A stretch of 64,000 nucleotides of DNA. Origin: Mytilus californianus (taxonomy: Eukaryota). The notes beneath the pieces are model-generated. The model had not been told where the DNA came from. It was given only the letters and a program-made list of their open reading frames with translations, and did no database searches. Where the stretch lies: NCBI RefSeq assembly GCF_021869535.1, contig NW_026262712.1, forward strand, positions 38,812,001 through 38,876,000, read 5' to 3'. The position numbers and the translations under genes are program-made. Positions 62,938 through 64,000 of this stretch are shown here, piece by piece (position 1 is the stretch's first letter; each line of letters starts with the position of its first letter).

Positions 62938-64000
62938 GTTTGTATTCATAGTAGCCATTAAATGCAGATGTTTACGATATATTTATTTCTATGTCAAACT
63001 CTTCTGTGAACTTACTTTTTCTATATTAATGCCAATTGAAACACACTGTTATCCTTCTCTTTTCTTTTCTTCAAGATTCAACGCAAATTTGTGGGATGTT
63101 TAGTGTCCATTGGTCCGTTTTCTCCGTATTCATTTGTTTGACCAGTGAATATATTTCAATCAAATTTTTGTAATTGTGTTACGCTTATAAGATACGTTGA
63201 TGACCTATATCCAGTGATTAGGAATCACACAATAGCGCATTGGCAACTGACTAATATCTAACCAAAGACACCACCAAATTCATTAACTTTTTACCAAGTA
63301 TATTCAATTACCCCGAAACCTGTCAAAATGTCAAATTTTGAAAATGAATTTGAACACGCTTTTCATGATTAAAGATAGACAAGAATATTACATGTATAAA
63401 CAAAACAGTCATTGAAAAACTAAAAGGCACAAAGAACAACACTTAAAACGAAAGCAAGAGCAACACGAATCCCTTTTAAACAAAACTAGAGGTAATCTCA
63501 CATGCTCCAGAACGGTAAGCAGATCCTGCTTCACATGTGTCATCCATCGTGTTCTTCGTGTGAGTACAATACAGTGAATAATATAATTCGGAAGTTAATA
63601 TTCATGGAAAGGAGTACTTGATTGTGGATACGACAATTGGAACATATCCGTCGTCATCTGTGAAACAGGTATTCAATAACAATCAACAAACTCTAGATAG
63701 CTTCCGTAACATTTTCGAAGGTTTGATTTTAACTGATAAAGTGTAAATACGGACTGAATTTCAAAATAACTACCGAATATCTATCATCAATTCCTTAAGA
63801 AGGAAAATAAACCACTATGATATATCTAATAATAACTACTGACGCGGTTCTCGTTATTTCAAGTTGCTGTTTTTAACATACAGTCCATTTTTTTTAACCT
63901 TGATAACCTTAATATAAATTAAGAAAACAAATGTGGGTTATCGCAGCAAATGTGGTTTGTTTATATAAAGGGATGAAGGATCATTTTCATTTTACAATAC

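Larger units (their letters stand above)
59390..64000 (+). repeat. Higher-order tandem array: ~390-440 bp exon-bearing monomers (A) interleaved with a ~650 bp spacer (B) containing a Penelope-like 3' remnant; continues past the window end
   Basis: A anchor cattttacaatacatt (or variant) at ~59453, 60389, 60825, 61983, 62418, 62811, 63988. B anchor gtttgattt(c/t)aactgataaagtg at ~60100, 61690, 63720. Order A-B-A-A-B-A-A-A-B-A. Confidence 0.9.

Noticed and set aside
59467-63103. Repeated ORFs of 70-115 aa in the terminal array as separate genes
   Set aside because: They are read-throughs of intron sequence around the 48-nt exons or of the PLE remnant; they are F/L/I-rich and inconsistent between copies.
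59390-64000. Repeat-spacer appearance suggesting CRISPR
   Set aside because: Units are hundreds of bp, the inter-repeat DNA is itself homologous, there are no cas genes, and the context is eukaryotic.

Overview
Eukaryotic, strongly AT-rich animal genomic DNA with spliceosomal introns; no bacterial operons, rRNA or CRISPR were seen. The repeat families and gene types point to a bivalve mollusc, probably a Mytilus-like mussel (inference). Most ORF-track entries are repeat-derived or spurious. Two spliced + strand immune-type loci stand out. (1) 14.8-30.2 kb: a DZIP3-like HEPN exon with an intact RNxxxH motif, a coiled-coil exon and several phase-1 exons, ending in a B-box plus beta-propeller exon. 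It carries one frameshift and one in-frame TAA, so it is probably pseudogenised. (2) From 54.7 kb: a RING-less TRIM-like B-box/B-box/coiled-coil exon ending in a phase-2 donor. It is followed by a higher-order tandem array in which each ~400-440 bp monomer carries one exactly 48-nt, splice-site-intact, phase-compatible micro-exon (6 copies in the window; the array runs off the end). The rest is mobile DNA: decayed Penelope-like RT elements of three lineages and their 3' tails, tRNA-derived SINEs, several MITEs, a 1.9-kb CACTA-type foldback element built from inverted ~193-bp tandem units, a DDE transposase relic, and hammerhead-ribozyme (retrozyme-like) repeats, two with intact cores.
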